From the NCBI GenBank assembly GCA_963806225.1, contig CAWDXG010000001.1:1536001-1600000 (forward strand): a DNA stretch of 64,000 nucleotides, read 5' to 3'. The notes beneath the pieces were generated by a model. The model was given only the letters and a program-made list of their open reading frames with translations. It was not told where the DNA came from and did not search any database. Of the stretch, positions 23,001 to 33,211 are shown one piece after another. How positions within the stretch are numbered: position 1 is the stretch's first letter; every line of letters starts with the position of its first letter. Made by a program: the position numbers and the translations under genes. This DNA comes from an uncultured delta proteobacterium. Lineage in GTDB: Bacteria; Myxococcota_A; Polyangia; Polyangiales; Polyangiaceae.

Positions 23001-24736
23001 CGCTGCCCCGCTTCACTTCGAGCGAAAGCTGTCGGATCCGCGTCGGTCCGCGGGTGGGCACCGTGGCCGAGGCGTCGACAGAAGGACCGAAGCGGTCCTT
23101 GAGCGAGGCTGTCACGTGCGGCGCTACGACCGGGCCGCGCGCGCTGGCGTCGACCTTGTCGAACGAGAACATTCCCGCCGTCATGTCGCGGCCGGATAGC
23201 TGGGCGTTGATGTCGAGCTTGTCCGGTTTCGTGAGCGGCCCCGAGGCGTGTCCGTTCAGCTGCCCGTGCTCGAGCTTGACGTCGCCCAGCGCGAAATCGT
23301 TCACATCCGCCGTCAGATAGGCATCCAGGTGCTCGTGCTCGATGCGCGCCTTGACCCGCATCTGTGCCCGGCCCTGCGCGTCGGTATATTGCCTGAGGCG
23401 CGGCGCGCCCTGGATACTGAAGCCGGACGACCGCGCGTCGAGATCGATCGCGCCGTCGGGGTGCAGCGAGAACGCGACTTTCAGCGGTAGGCCGTGCTCG
23501 TGCAGGGTCGCCTTGCCGTCGAAGCCCTTCTCGTTGAACGTGCCCGTCAGGTCCACGGCCGGCACGGGCTGGTCGGCGATCCGTGTGGGCTGCGTTGTGC
23601 CATTCACGTCGACCACGACCTGTCCGTTCTTGTTCCAGATGTCGAGGGACGCGTCGGCGGAGATGTCCGTGGCGGGCGCCTTCGGCCACAGCGCCTGGAT
23701 GTTCGCGTGGCGCCCCTTCACTTCGAGCTTCGCGCCAACGGTGCCGGCCAGGTGCAGCGGACCTTTGGCAGTGATCTGTGAGCCTTCCACGTTGAAGGTC
23801 GCGCTCGTCTGGAGATCCGGCAGCTTGCCGCGCGCTTCCAGGTGCGCCGTTGTATCCTGCTTCAGCGGCCAGTCGGGCCACAGCGCGCGCATCGCTGCGG
23901 GCCTGGCGCGCGGCAGATCCAGCGTTGCTGTGATGCGATTTTCGTCGACGCGCGTGAAGGCGCCGAACTCGACGTTGCCGAAGTAGCCGTCGAAGGAGGT
24001 CCAGACGGCGCCCGGCTCGCGGATATGCAGCGTGCCCGTGCCGCGCGCATCGGTGCCAGCGAGGCCGCGCACGACGGTGCCGAAGCGCGACACGTCGACC
24101 GCGACGCCTTTCTGGGTCGCGAGCACCGAGCCTGTTACCTGCGCGAGCTCGGCCTCTAGTGTCGGCAGCCCGGCCACCGTGCCGCGCGCGTACGCACGCC
24201 CTATCTCGATGTGCGGCAGCCAGACGCGGATCTGCCGTGGCGGACCGGACGGCTTGGCGCCGGGCTTGCTGGGCCGTACCACGGGGGTGAAGGCGGCGGC
24301 GATGCTGGGGACACCCGTCACCGGATCGGGAAGGATGTTGCCCTCGGCCTTCTCGATCCGCACGTGCGGGATCACGATGTCGAGCTTCTGCCCGCCCCAG
24401 AGCACCTCCTCCGCGATTGCGGGCAGGTCCGCTTTGGCGCGCAGCTCCGACACCTCGAGCACGAGCTTTCCCTGTGGGTCGTGGACCTCGATGTTGCTCG
24501 CGGTGACCGAGGACGAGATCGATGTCGTCGAAGCGCCCGATGGTGACGGTTCCCTGGAACAGATCGCCGAGCAGCTGTGACAGGGCGCGTGCCGCGAGCC
24601 GCCGCCCGGCCGGCAGATCCAGATGCAACAGCAACCCGGCCAGCGTCGCCGCCAGGAACGTTGCCAGCAGCCCGAGTGCGGCGAGTACCCGGCCGACTAC
24701 CCGGAGTAGACGGCGCGTGCCCGGGCGCCGGGGCAT
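20071..24736 (-). CDS. tamB: Translocation and assembly module TamB-like protein (frameshift near 24516)
   Basis: N-terminal anchor in ORF starting 24736 joins the 1463-aa ORF; C-terminal DUF490-like region (G.VTF..NPH.D.TA..LSSDP..ESEIMALLL..WHYRY); adjacent to an Omp85 gene. Confidence 0.8.
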
Positions 24737-26940
24737 CAGAACGCTTCTCCCAGCGCGATGTTGAAGGCAATCGGGAGCCCGAACGTCGTGCCCGGCGTTC
24801 CCTCGTTGCGCGTGCCGCTGATGACCTGGAGCCCCGGCAGCCGCCAGCCTACGTCGAAACGCAACGGCCCCACAGGTGTGGTGTAGCGCAGCCCGAGGCC
24901 TGCCGACAGGTGCGGCGCGTTGAAGGCAATATCGGCCACTCTACGTGTGACGTTGCTGGAATCGAGAAAAGTCGCACCGCGGACCGGACCAGCAATGGGG
25001 AAGCGGACTTCGAGCGATGCCTCCCACAGCGTCAGCCCACCCAGGGGTCGGTTGCACTGCGCCGGCAGTTGATCGTAGCTGAGGGTCGTGGTGGCACCGC
25101 CGGGGCCGGTGCGCGTCAGCGAGCAGTTCACTCCCGTTGGAACCAGGAAGCCGAGCGGGCCCTGCGGACCGACCTCCCGGTACGCGTAGCCCCGGTTCGA
25201 ATTGGGGCCACCGGAATAGAACGCGCGGAACAGGAGCTTGTGCTGATCGCGCACCACCGCCGGGTCGTACGGGTCGAGCGACGGATCATTCAGCGAGCTG
25301 CCGTAGTTGTGCGGGAACAAGAGCCCCACGGCTGCGCGCACCGCGAGCACGACGCTGTGCGATCGCGTCATCGGCAGGTAGATGCGTGCCTCGGGGCGGA
25401 CGCGGACGTCGCTGACCGTGCCTCCGAAGATGTACCCCGCCACCTGCAGCGAGTTGGTCAGGTAGAAGCCCTCGGTAGGCTGGATGCGGTCATTGCGGAA
25501 ATCCAGGTGCGTGACCAGTTCCGGAAACGAGACCTGCACCGGATCGAGGCCGTCCGGCTTGTCCTTCGTGACGCTGTTCGGATAGATGAACGGACGGTCG
25601 GACTGCCAGTTGTACGAAGGCGTGACGTACAGGCGGTAGCCGAAGAAGGCGCGCTCCACGCCCGCCGAGGCCTTGATCTCGAGATAGCCGATGATGCGGT
25701 CATTGACGCTCATGTTCGGATACAGGAGCGGGTAGACGTTGAACTCGCTGGCGACAAAGCCCGTGGTGCGCCCTTCGATGAACGACGGCTGCCTCAGCTC
25801 CGCGCGCAGGTAGTTCTCGGGCACCGGCTTGATGCCCTTGCCCAGGCTGTCGAGCTGGTAGAGGCTGGCCGGGAAGAGCGTGACGCCGGGGCGCGTATCG
25901 ATGGAGAAATCGCGCATCCCCCCCAGGAAGTTCCGATCCTCCCAGCCGATGCGCAGATGCCCGGACAGGCGCAGGACGTCCGCCTGGATGCCGCCGCCGA
26001 GCTGCAGCGTGCGCAGCGAGCTCTCCCGCACCACGACGGTGATCGGGACCTTCTGTGTCTCGGGCTTGCTCGTATCCTGGCGCACGTCCACGCTGGCGAA
26101 GACACCGAGGTTGATGAGCGCGTCCTGGGCTTCGCGCAGGTCGGCGTGCGAGTACGGCTCGCCGGGTTCGATGTTCAGGTTGGCGCGGACCGGGCCTTCG
26201 GGGATCTCCCTCAGGCCGACGATGCTCACCTTGCCGTACGTTGCCGCCGGTCCGGGCTTTACGTCGATCTCGATGTCGGCCTGGAGCTTTTCCAGATCGA
26301 TCTTCGCGTGCGCGTCGACCTTCACGAACGCATAGCCGTTGTCCGCCAGCGTGTCCCCGACGGCCTTCTTGGCTGCGTTGAAAGCGTCCTCCTCGAAGGG
26401 CGACTTCACGTTCAAGAGGTCCGTGCCGGCGGCATAGGCCTGGGTGGCGATCTTGATCGGCAGCCGCTCGAGACCGTGGATCCCGACGCTCCCGATCACC
26501 ACACGCGGTCCGGGTACGACGCTGATCTGCACCTTCACGTGGTGCCGGTCGTCCGGGTCCGGGTACCAGACACGCGCCGCTGTGACCTTGGCCTCGTACC
26601 AGCCGCGGCGCTGGTAGTAGCGCTCGACTCGCTGCAGGTCCTTGGCGAGGAGGGTCTTGTCGTAGACCACGTAGTCGAAGACGACGCCGTCCCAGATGCC
26701 GAGGAAGCGCGGCGACTTCGCGGTCGCGAGCCCTTCCAGCACGTCGTCGCTGTCCACCGAGCCCGCGTTCCGGAGACCGACGCTCGCCACGACGGGCCGG
26801 TCCGGCGGATACGGCTTCTTCACGCATCCGGCGAGCGCCAGCAGCGCCGCGAGCAGCACAAACGCCGCCCGGCCATGGACTCGTTCGGTCTCCCTGCACG
26901 CGAGAGCAGGGTAGGTCCGACACGTGGGCGGCGCCACCAA
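24736..26940 (-). CDS. BamA/TamA (Omp85) family outer membrane protein
   Basis: LAGC lipobox, POTRA-like repeats, FYSGGPNSNRGY, GLRYTTPVGPLRFD, terminal GEAF. True start uncertain (perhaps near 26860-26880). Confidence 0.9.
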   Translation of the reverse strand: MVAPPTCRTYPALACRETERVHGRAAFVLLAALLALAGCVKKPYPPDRPVVASVGLRNAGSVDSDDVLEGLATAKSPRFLGIWDGVVFDYVVYDKTLLAKDLQRVERYYQRRGWYEAKVTAARVWYPDPDDRHHVKVQISVVPGPRVVIGSVGIHGLERLPIKIATQAYAAGTDLLNVKSPFEEDAFNAAKKAVGDTLADNGYAFVKVDAHAKIDLEKLQADIEIDVKPGPAATYGKVSIVGLREIPEGPVRANLNIEPGEPYSHADLREAQDALINLGVFASVDVRQDTSKPETQKVPITVVVRESSLRTLQLGGGIQADVLRLSGHLRIGWEDRNFLGGMRDFSIDTRPGVTLFPASLYQLDSLGKGIKPVPENYLRAELRQPSFIEGRTTGFVASEFNVYPLLYPNMSVNDRIIGYLEIKASAGVERAFFGYRLYVTPSYNWQSDRPFIYPNSVTKDKPDGLDPVQVSFPELVTHLDFRNDRIQPTEGFYLTNSLQVAGYIFGGTVSDVRVRPEARIYLPMTRSHSVVLAVRAAVGLLFPHNYGSSLNDPSLDPYDPAVVRDQHKLLFRAFYSGGPNSNRGYAYREVGPQGPLGFLVPTGVNCSLTRTGPGGATTTLSYDQLPAQCNRPLGGLTLWEASLEVRFPIAGPVRGATFLDSSNVTRRVADIAFNAPHLSAGLGLRYTTPVGPLRFDVGWRLPGLQVISGTRNEGTPGTTFGLPIAFNIALGEAF

Positions 26941-26963
26941 CTACGCGCCGCCGCGCGGCCGCG

Positions 26964-27683
26964 TCAGTCGTCCTTCATGCCGGGAAGTGTCGCCTTCTCG
27001 GCCGGCTTCGTCTTGTAGTCGATCTTCTGGTACGTCATGAGGCCCATGATCGGGTCCGCCTCGGTACCGGTCGACGAACGCGTGAAGGTCGTGGAGTACT
27101 GTCCGGTGACGGTGACCTCGGCTCCCTTGACCGGCAGCGGGTAGGGCAGGGGCACGGCCCACAGCTCGTCCTGCACCGGCTCGTCGGGACCCTTGTCCTC
27201 GTCCTTCACCTTCTTGTACTTCTCGATCGCGTCGTAGATCTGCGCGAAGTTGGACGCCCAGCCCTCGACCTTGATGCAGTTGTCGAGCTTGGCGTCCTTG
27301 GTGTCGCCGATCCAGAACGCCGGAATGGGCGGGTTGCAGTTGTCGGGGTCGGCCTTGCCCGTCTTGTGCACCGCGCACTTGGGCGCCTGGGGCAGGTTCG
27401 TCTTGACGATCCACCCGGTGATGCTGAGCTTCTTGTCGGCCACTTCCTTGTGGTGCACGCGGCTGCGCAGGTAGTAGCTCGCTCCCCACACGGTGTACGC
27501 ATCGCCCTTCTTGATGGGCTTCTGCGGCACGTTCGGTACCGCCGGCATGTTGGCCTTGGCGCCGCTCGCGGCGGGCTTGGGCTTGTACTTGATCTCGTTC
27601 CGGTCACAGCCGGTGAGCCCAAGGGCAAGGACAGCGACGACGGCCGAGGTGGCCACGGAGCGGACGCGGACGGGCATGCTCAT
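26964..27683 (-). CDS. Hypothetical lipoprotein
   Basis: GGAGA before ATG 27683; lipobox LTGC; strong coding bias. Confidence 0.75.
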   Translation of the reverse strand: MSMPVRVRSVATSAVVAVLALGLTGCDRNEIKYKPKPAASGAKANMPAVPNVPQKPIKKGDAYTVWGASYYLRSRVHHKEVADKKLSITGWIVKTNLPQAPKCAVHKTGKADPDNCNPPIPAFWIGDTKDAKLDNCIKVEGWASNFAQIYDAIEKYKKVKDEDKGPDEPVQDELWAVPLPYPLPVKGAEVTVTGQYSTTFTRSSTGTEADPIMGLMTYQKIDYKTKPAEKATLPGMKDD

Positions 27684-27851
27684 TTTCTCCCTGACACGTT
27701 GTCGAACTGGTCGACGGCTATCACGCACGCGGCCAAAACCGCAAGCGCTCCGGACCCTTGCGGTGCCCGGGCGAGCGAGGATAGCCCCGCCTGGGACCCC
27801 ATGATCAGGGATTTTCATGGCTTTCTGCACCAGCGCCGGTGCTGGGTTGAT

Positions 27852-27879
27852 TTGACAAGTATTTTCATACAATTAGGTT
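27852..27879 (+). promoter_or_regulatory. sigma70-type promoter
   Basis: TTGACA-N16-TAGGTT in an AT-rich patch, 6 nt before ATG 27886. Confidence 0.6.
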
Positions 27880-27885
27880 CTCCAC

Positions 27886-28602
27886 ATGGGTCGGGCCCTG
27901 ATCGTCGGTGATGTCCACGGCTGCGCGGCCGAGCTCGACGCGCTGCTCGAGCAGCTTGCCGTGGGTGACGGCGACCAGCTGGTTTTCGTGGGGGATCTCG
28001 TGGCGCGCGGGCCGGACTCGCGGCGAGTGCTCCAGCGTGTGCGCGAGCTCGGCGCCCGCTCGGTGATCGGCAACCACGAGGAGCGGCTGCTTTCGGCGCG
28101 CGACGCGCGCTCCCGCGGCCAGCCCGGACCGCGGCTCGGGCCCGCGCACCGGCGGGTGTTCGATGAGCTCGACGAGGCGGACTGGGCGCTGCTCGAGTCG
28201 CTGCCGCTCTCGATCGATCTGCCGGATCACGATCTGCGGGTGGTGCACGCGGGCGTCGTGCCCGGCGTTCCCTTCGACGAGCAGGACCCCTGGCTGCTCA
28301 CGCATATCCGCACACTCGATGCCGAGGGCATTCCGTCCCACCGCTTCGGCGGTACGCCCTGGGGTGCGAGCTACGTCGGCGGGCCGCACGTCGTGTTCGG
28401 TCACAACGCGCGCCTCGCACCGCAGCTGCATCCCGACGCGACCGGCCTCGACACCGGCTGTGTGTACGGCGGTCGTCTCACGGCGCTGGTTCTCGGCGCC
28501 GGCGAAAAGCCGCCCCCCGTCGCGGAGCGCGCGGACGCGCTGTCCAGCGTGCCCGCCAGGCAGACGTACGTCGACTACGGCGGCAAGCTGCGCGCAGGCT
28601 AG
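27886..28602 (+). CDS. Metallophosphoesterase (ApaH/PPP-like)
   Basis: GDVHG, GDLVARGP, GNHE, HAG, VVFGH, LDTGCVYGG. Confidence 0.92.
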   Translation: MGRALIVGDVHGCAAELDALLEQLAVGDGDQLVFVGDLVARGPDSRRVLQRVRELGARSVIGNHEERLLSARDARSRGQPGPRLGPAHRRVFDELDEADWALLESLPLSIDLPDHDLRVVHAGVVPGVPFDEQDPWLLTHIRTLDAEGIPSHRFGGTPWGASYVGGPHVVFGHNARLAPQLHPDATGLDTGCVYGGRLTALVLGAGEKPPPVAERADALSSVPARQTYVDYGGKLRAG

Positions 28603-29858
28603 CGCGGCAACACCGCGAGCGTCCGGCGCAGTCCGCGGATCGCATGACAGCCGTCGCCGATGAGGTCCAGGTACGTCTGCTCGCGCTGGCTGCGGATCGC
28701 GTCGAGCCGCTCGTAGACTCCGCCTCGCGAGAGCTGCTTGACCGTGTCGGCCAGATCGCCGGCTGCCTCGAGCATCACGCGGTCGATGTGCCGGCCGCCC
28801 TCGTTCTTCGTGTCGTACGCGCCGAGCCTGCGCGCCAGTCCCAGCGTCTCCAGCAGGTGCCCGAAGAACTTCTGCTGCTGCGCGCGCAGCACCAGCCCCG
28901 CCTCCGGGTGCCGCGCCAGAAGCTCCGCGTAGGCGTGCCGTTCCGCCTCGTAGCGGAATAGAAGGACGCCGAGCTGTTTCCGCAAACGCCGCTTCTGTGC
29001 CGCGTCGCCACCCTGCGTCACGCTCTGGATCACGGCCTGCACCAGGTGCAGCCCGCCGCAGCTGTGTCCGTAGATGCCGGTCCTCTTCTGCTTGGCCTGG
29101 CGCAGGGGCGAGCCGGGATCGAACGCGCCAGTTGGATCCCCATGGAAATCGGTCAGCACCTGGTCGTCCTGCTCCAGCCGCGTGAGTGCCGCCGCGCGCA
29201 GCTTGTCCGGCTCCACCGCGCTCTTGCCGGGGGCCTTGTCGCCCAGTCGCTCGTCGAACACCCACGCGCTCAGCGTCCACGCCTCCTGGTGCCAGTCCGC
29301 GTCGCTCGTCGGCATGTGCGCCGAGGCCTCCATGTCGTGCACCAGCCGTCCGAGGGTCACCTCCGTGGCGTCAGCCGTCACCAGCTTGCGATCGAGCGGC
29401 ACACCCGCATCCAGCATCGACTTGACCTGGAGACCCGGATGCGGCTCGACCAGGCTGTCGCCCTTTTTGACGGGGAAGGAATACAGCGTCCTGCCGTCGA
29501 CGGTCTTCCGCACCGCGAAGCTCGCGATGACATCCACCGCCGGCCGCCCGTCGTCCGCCTCGAAGTGCGGCCCGAACGCCAGAAGCCCGTGCGCCAGCGC
29601 CCACGGCATCTTGGCGTCGCTCGCCCCCGCCTTCACGTCGTGCTCTAGCGTCGCCAGCGTCGACTTGATCTCCGCGCGCGTCGCCTGGTGCGGCGGCGCT
29701 ATGCCGGGAGCTGCGGCCGCGGCCGATGCCGGCACCGCTGGAGCGCTGGCCGTGGCCGCCGTCAGCCCCGGGTGTTGGTGCCGCTGCACCTCCATGTACA
29801 CGCCGGCCGCCGCCGCCGCGGCCAGGATCGCCAGCATGCCTCGGTTGCGCTCCGCCAT
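28599..29858 (-). CDS. Hypothetical exported alpha-helical protein
   Basis: N-terminal hydrophobic segment, Ala/Pro linker; motifs PWALAHG, HSCGGLH, GHLLE; start inferred. Confidence 0.7.
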   Translation of the reverse strand: MAERNRGMLAILAAAAAAGVYMEVQRHQHPGLTAATASAPAVPASAAAAAPGIAPPHQATRAEIKSTLATLEHDVKAGASDAKMPWALAHGLLAFGPHFEADDGRPAVDVIASFAVRKTVDGRTLYSFPVKKGDSLVEPHPGLQVKSMLDAGVPLDRKLVTADATEVTLGRLVHDMEASAHMPTSDADWHQEAWTLSAWVFDERLGDKAPGKSAVEPDKLRAAALTRLEQDDQVLTDFHGDPTGAFDPGSPLRQAKQKRTGIYGHSCGGLHLVQAVIQSVTQGGDAAQKRRLRKQLGVLLFRYEAERHAYAELLARHPEAGLVLRAQQQKFFGHLLETLGLARRLGAYDTKNEGGRHIDRVMLEAAGDLADTVKQLSRGGVYERLDAIRSQREQTYLDLIGDGCHAIRGLRRTLAVLPR

Positions 29859-29918
29859 CGACGGGACGTATCTAGCACGCCGGCCGCTGTCGCGGTCGCC
29901 CGTGCTATCACCGTCGCG

Positions 29919-30659
29919 TTGGCCCGCACTGTCCGCGTCTTCGTTCCGGAGCTTGCAGGCGGCGAGCGTATGCTCGACGACGCAGCGTCGCGCTATCTGC
30001 TGCGGGTCCACCGCCTGGGAGCGGGCGATCGCTTCGTCGCGTTCGATCCGGATGCGGCGGAGCAGGCAGAGGGCAACATCGTCGCGGTGCGCGGGCGCCG
30101 CGCCCTGTGCCGCTTCGGCGAGCCTGGACCGGCGAGCCATGTGCCCGGCTTCGAGGTCACCCTGCTGCAGGGGCTCGGCAAGGGCGATCGTTTCGATCGC
30201 GTGGTGCGCGACGCGACGGCGCTCGGTGCGCACAGCGTGGTCGCGGTGGAGACGGCGCGCAGCGTGGTCGCTCTCGGCGACCGCGCGGCGGCGCGCCGCG
30301 AGCGCTGGCGCACGATCGCGATCGAAGCCGCGCGACAGTCGGGCCGCGGCGACGTGCCGCGGATCGTGGGACCGCTCTCTCTCGGCGAGGCGCTGGGCGG
30401 GCCGCACTCCGGAGACGCGCTCCGGCTCGTGCTCGAGCCCGAGGGCTCCACGTCGCTCGCAGTGCGGCTCGAGCATTGGTCGCCTTCGCAGCCACTGGTG
30501 CTGCTCGTCGGTCCAGAGGGCGGCCTCGCGCCGGAAGAGCTGGCCGAGGCGCGTGCCGCTGGTTTTTCGCCAGCGCGCTTCGGTGAGTTCGTGCTGCGCA
30601 CCGAAACGGCCGCGACGGCCGTGCTCGGCGCGGTCATCGCGCGTCTCGACCCAGCGTGA
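29919..30659 (+). CDS. rsmE: 16S rRNA m3U1498 methyltransferase RsmE
   Basis: LQGLGKGDRFD..ATALG, EAARQSGR, VGPEGG, VLRTETA. Confidence 0.93.
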   Translation: MARTVRVFVPELAGGERMLDDAASRYLLRVHRLGAGDRFVAFDPDAAEQAEGNIVAVRGRRALCRFGEPGPASHVPGFEVTLLQGLGKGDRFDRVVRDATALGAHSVVAVETARSVVALGDRAAARRERWRTIAIEAARQSGRGDVPRIVGPLSLGEALGGPHSGDALRLVLEPEGSTSLAVRLEHWSPSQPLVLLVGPEGGLAPEELAEARAAGFSPARFGEFVLRTETAATAVLGAVIARLDPA

Positions 30660-30703
30660 AAATCGGCGTGCTGTTCGCCCCGCGCCCTGTATAGTCCGCC
30701 CCC

Positions 30704-31108
30704 ATGAGCGGCGAGCGGAAGGTGCGGATTCTGGTGGCCAAGCCGGGCCTCGACGGCCACGACCGCGGAGCGAAAGTCGTCGCGCGCGCGCTGCGCGACG
30801 CCGGCTTCGAGGTCGTCTACACCGGCCTGCACCAGACGCCCGCGATGATCGCCAGCGCGGCCGTGCAGGAAGACGTGGACGCCGTCGGCCTGTCGATCAT
30901 GAGCGGCGCGCACAACACGCTCTTCCCTGCGGTCCTCGCCGAGCTCGAACAGCGCCAGGCTGACGACATCGCCCTCTTCGGCGGCGGCATCGTTCCCGAA
31001 GAGGACGTGGAGAAGCTCGAGGCGGCCGGCGTCAAGAAGGTGTTCAGGCCCGGCACGCCGCTCTCCGGGATCGTCGACTGGGTCCGCGAGAACGTGAAGC
31101 CGCGCTAG
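30704..31108 (+). CDS. Cobalamin-binding domain protein (methylmalonyl-CoA mutase C-terminal subunit type)
   Basis: [28 protein letters not shown]. Confidence 0.95.
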   Translation: MSGERKVRILVAKPGLDGHDRGAKVVARALRDAGFEVVYTGLHQTPAMIASAAVQEDVDAVGLSIMSGAHNTLFPAVLAELEQRQADDIALFGGGIVPEEDVEKLEAAGVKKVFRPGTPLSGIVDWVRENVKPR

Positions 31109-31122
31109 CCCGCGCGCCCGCC

Positions 31123-31273
31123 GCGGAGCGGCGCGGAGCGGCGCGGAGCGGCGCGACTACCCGAAGGCGCGCCGCCGTGGCGCGAGGCGCGTGGAAAAGG
31201 CGCCAAGCCCGAGCTTGGAGGCGAAAACAGGCGCGAGGCGCGTGGGCACGCGCGAGGCGCGTGGGCACGCGCG
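31123..31273. repeat. Short GC-rich direct repeats
   Basis: GCGGAGCGGC x3 from about 31123; GCGCGAGGCGCGTGG at 31180, 31231 and 31250. Confidence 0.7.
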
Positions 31274-31397
31274 CGGCGATCGGCGGTACGGCGCGCGCCG
31301 GCGAGCTGGCGGACGGAGTGTTCCGCGGGCCGCAGTCCGTGTGCCGTGGGACACTTTCTCGGGCACGAAGCGCCTTGTTTTCCGTGTGATCGTGTGG

Positions 31398-31411
31398 GGC
31401 ACGCGGCTTGC
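31398..31411 (+). promoter_or_regulatory. Putative sigma54 promoter
   Basis: GGCACGCGGCTTGC = GG-N10-GC with consensus CACG and TTGC. Confidence 0.5.
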
Positions 31412-31510
31412 GATGCGGCGGGCCATGTTCGTGCTCGCGCTGTTTCCCACGTTGGTTGCCGTCGGCATCTTCACTGGCGTGCTCCGGCTGCGGCCGGGGC
31501 GATAGAATAT

Positions 31511-31549
31511 CGTAGCAAAATGTCACAGTAGGTGTGACATTTTGCTACG
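31511..31549. repeat. Perfect 17-bp AT-rich inverted repeat
   Basis: CGTAGCAAAATGTCACA-GTAGG-TGTGACATTTTGCTACG. Confidence 0.9.
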
Positions 31550-31742
31550 GATTCGAGCGTGGGCTGCTGGGCTGGGTGGTGTGGGCCTGCTCTGGGACCT
31601 GGTGGGGTGCCCCAAGGAATGGCGATCCAGAAGCTGGTCCGGAGGGTCGCACGTCGGCCAAACTACCTGAACGAGTGAGCATGTAGGAGGATGGAAGCAT
31701 CCAAGCGTGCGGAAATAAAGAGGGAATGCGGTTGCCGACTTG

Positions 31743-31828
31743 TTGACACCGCACCCTGGACGCCCTTAGCGTCGGCCAGTCCAGTGGGAGAAAGTGGGGC
31801 AGAGTGTCGCACAGTCCCATCTGGTGGT
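31743..31828 (+). promoter_or_regulatory. dcw promoter with MraZ-binding repeats
   Basis: TTGACA-N18-TAGCGT (31743-31772); GTGGG/GTGGG/GTGTC/GTCCC/GTGGT at 10-bp period from 31784. Confidence 0.75.
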
Positions 31829-31838
31829 CGGGTCAGGC

Positions 31839-32288
31839 ATGTTCCGCGGGCAGTTCGTCCACAGCATCGACGCCAAGGGTCGCGTTTCGCTACCAGCACG
31901 TTTCCGTGACGCGCTGATGGCGGACGGTGACTCGCGCTTCATCGTCACGCCCGCGCCGTTCGATCCCTGCCTGCACGTCTACCCGCTCCGGGCGTGGGAG
32001 GAGTTCGAACACAAGATGTCGGAGCTGCCGCGACTCGATCCGAACATCGTGCGCTTCCGTCGTCTGTACGTGTCGGCGGCGATCGAGTGCGAGCTCGACC
32101 GCGCGGGCCGCGTGCTGGTGCCGCCTCACCTCAGGGAAAAGGCGGCGCTCGGCAAGGACGCACTCTGGGCCGGCATGGGTCGCAACATCGAGCTGTGGTC
32201 GAAGGAGCGCTGGGACGCTGCGCTCGCGATGTCTCCGGACGAGCAGGAAGCCTTCAAGCAGGCCGTCATGGAGCAGATACGGATATGA
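31839..32288 (+). CDS. mraZ: Division/cell wall cluster transcriptional repressor MraZ
   Basis: MFRGQFVHSIDAKGRVSLPARFR; LDRAGRVLVP; IELWS. Confidence 0.97.
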   Translation: MFRGQFVHSIDAKGRVSLPARFRDALMADGDSRFIVTPAPFDPCLHVYPLRAWEEFEHKMSELPRLDPNIVRFRRLYVSAAIECELDRAGRVLVPPHLREKAALGKDALWAGMGRNIELWSKERWDAALAMSPDEQEAFKQAVMEQIRI

Positions 32289-33211
32289 TCGTGGCAGCCG
32301 AGATCATCGAACCTCCGCCGCCTTTCGAGCACACCACGGTGATGCCCGGCGAGGTCGTGCAGGCACTTTCGCCGCAGGACGGCGGCCTGTACCTGGACCT
32401 GACCGCGGGCGGCGGCGGACACGCGGCGGCCATCCTCGCGGCGTGTGACGGCGCGCGCGTGATCGCATTCGATCGCGACCCGGCTGCGATCGATGCGGCG
32501 CGCAAGCGCCTCGCGGAGTTCGGTGTGCGCGCCCGCGTGGCGCGCGCGAGCTTCGACGAGGTGGAGGCATGGCTCGCCGACGAGGGCGTCCAACAGGTGG
32601 ACGGGCTGATTGCGGACCTGGGCATCAGCTCGCACCAGCTGACAGACGCGGCACGCGGCATGAGCTTCCGTGTGGAAGGTCCGCTCGACATGCGCATGGA
32701 CCCGACACAGGGCGAGACGGTGCGCGAGCTGGTGGCGCGGTTGTCGCAGGACGAGCTGGCGGACGTCATCTACCAGCTCGGCGAGGAACGGCGCTCGCGA
32801 CGCGTGGCCCGCTGCATCAAGCAGGCGCTGGCCGCCGGCGAGCTGGAGACGACGCTCGACCTCCGGCGCGCCGTGGTGCGTGCGGTCGGACCACGGCGCG
32901 TCGGAGGCATCGATCCGGCGACGCGCACGTTCCAGGCGCTGCGCATCGCGGTCAACGGTGAGCTCGATCAGCTGGCGACGCTGCTCGACGTGGCGTCGCG
33001 CGTTGTGCGTCCCGGTGGCACGGCGGTGTTCATCAGCTTCCACTCCTTGGAGGACCGGCTGGTCAAGCGCGCGTTTGCCGACCGCGAGCGCTGGCAGCGA
33101 CTGAACAAGAAGCCGCTGACCGCAGGAGAGAGCGAGCGCGCGGACAACCCGCGGGCGCGCAGCGCCAAGCTCCGCGCGGCCCACCGCATGGACGAGGAGA
33201 GCGAGGCATGA
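32285..33211 (+). CDS. rsmH: 16S rRNA C1402 N4-methyltransferase
   Basis: DLTAGGGGH, DLGISS, PLDMRM, ATRTFQALRIAVN, ISFHSLEDR, NPRARSAKLR. Confidence 0.97.
   Translation: MIVAAEIIEPPPPFEHTTVMPGEVVQALSPQDGGLYLDLTAGGGGHAAAILAACDGARVIAFDRDPAAIDAARKRLAEFGVRARVARASFDEVEAWLADEGVQQVDGLIADLGISSHQLTDAARGMSFRVEGPLDMRMDPTQGETVRELVARLSQDELADVIYQLGEERRSRRVARCIKQALAAGELETTLDLRRAVVRAVGPRRVGGIDPATRTFQALRIAVNGELDQLATLLDVASRVVRPGGTAVFISFHSLEDRLVKRAFADRERWQRLNKKPLTAGESERADNPRARSAKLRAAHRMDEESEA

Noticed and set aside
24577..27018. Long antisense/alternate-frame ORFs (e.g. 24577-27018 +, 33393-35594 -, 42845-44716 -, 6793-8730 -)
   Set aside because: Shadow ORFs of real genes caused by high GC and scarce stop codons; Arg/Ala/Gly-rich with no motifs.
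31109..31838. RNase P RNA or tRNA in the gap upstream of mraZ
   Set aside because: Did not find the GAGGAAAGTCC or AGAACCCGGCTTA hallmarks, nor a tRNA cloverleaf.
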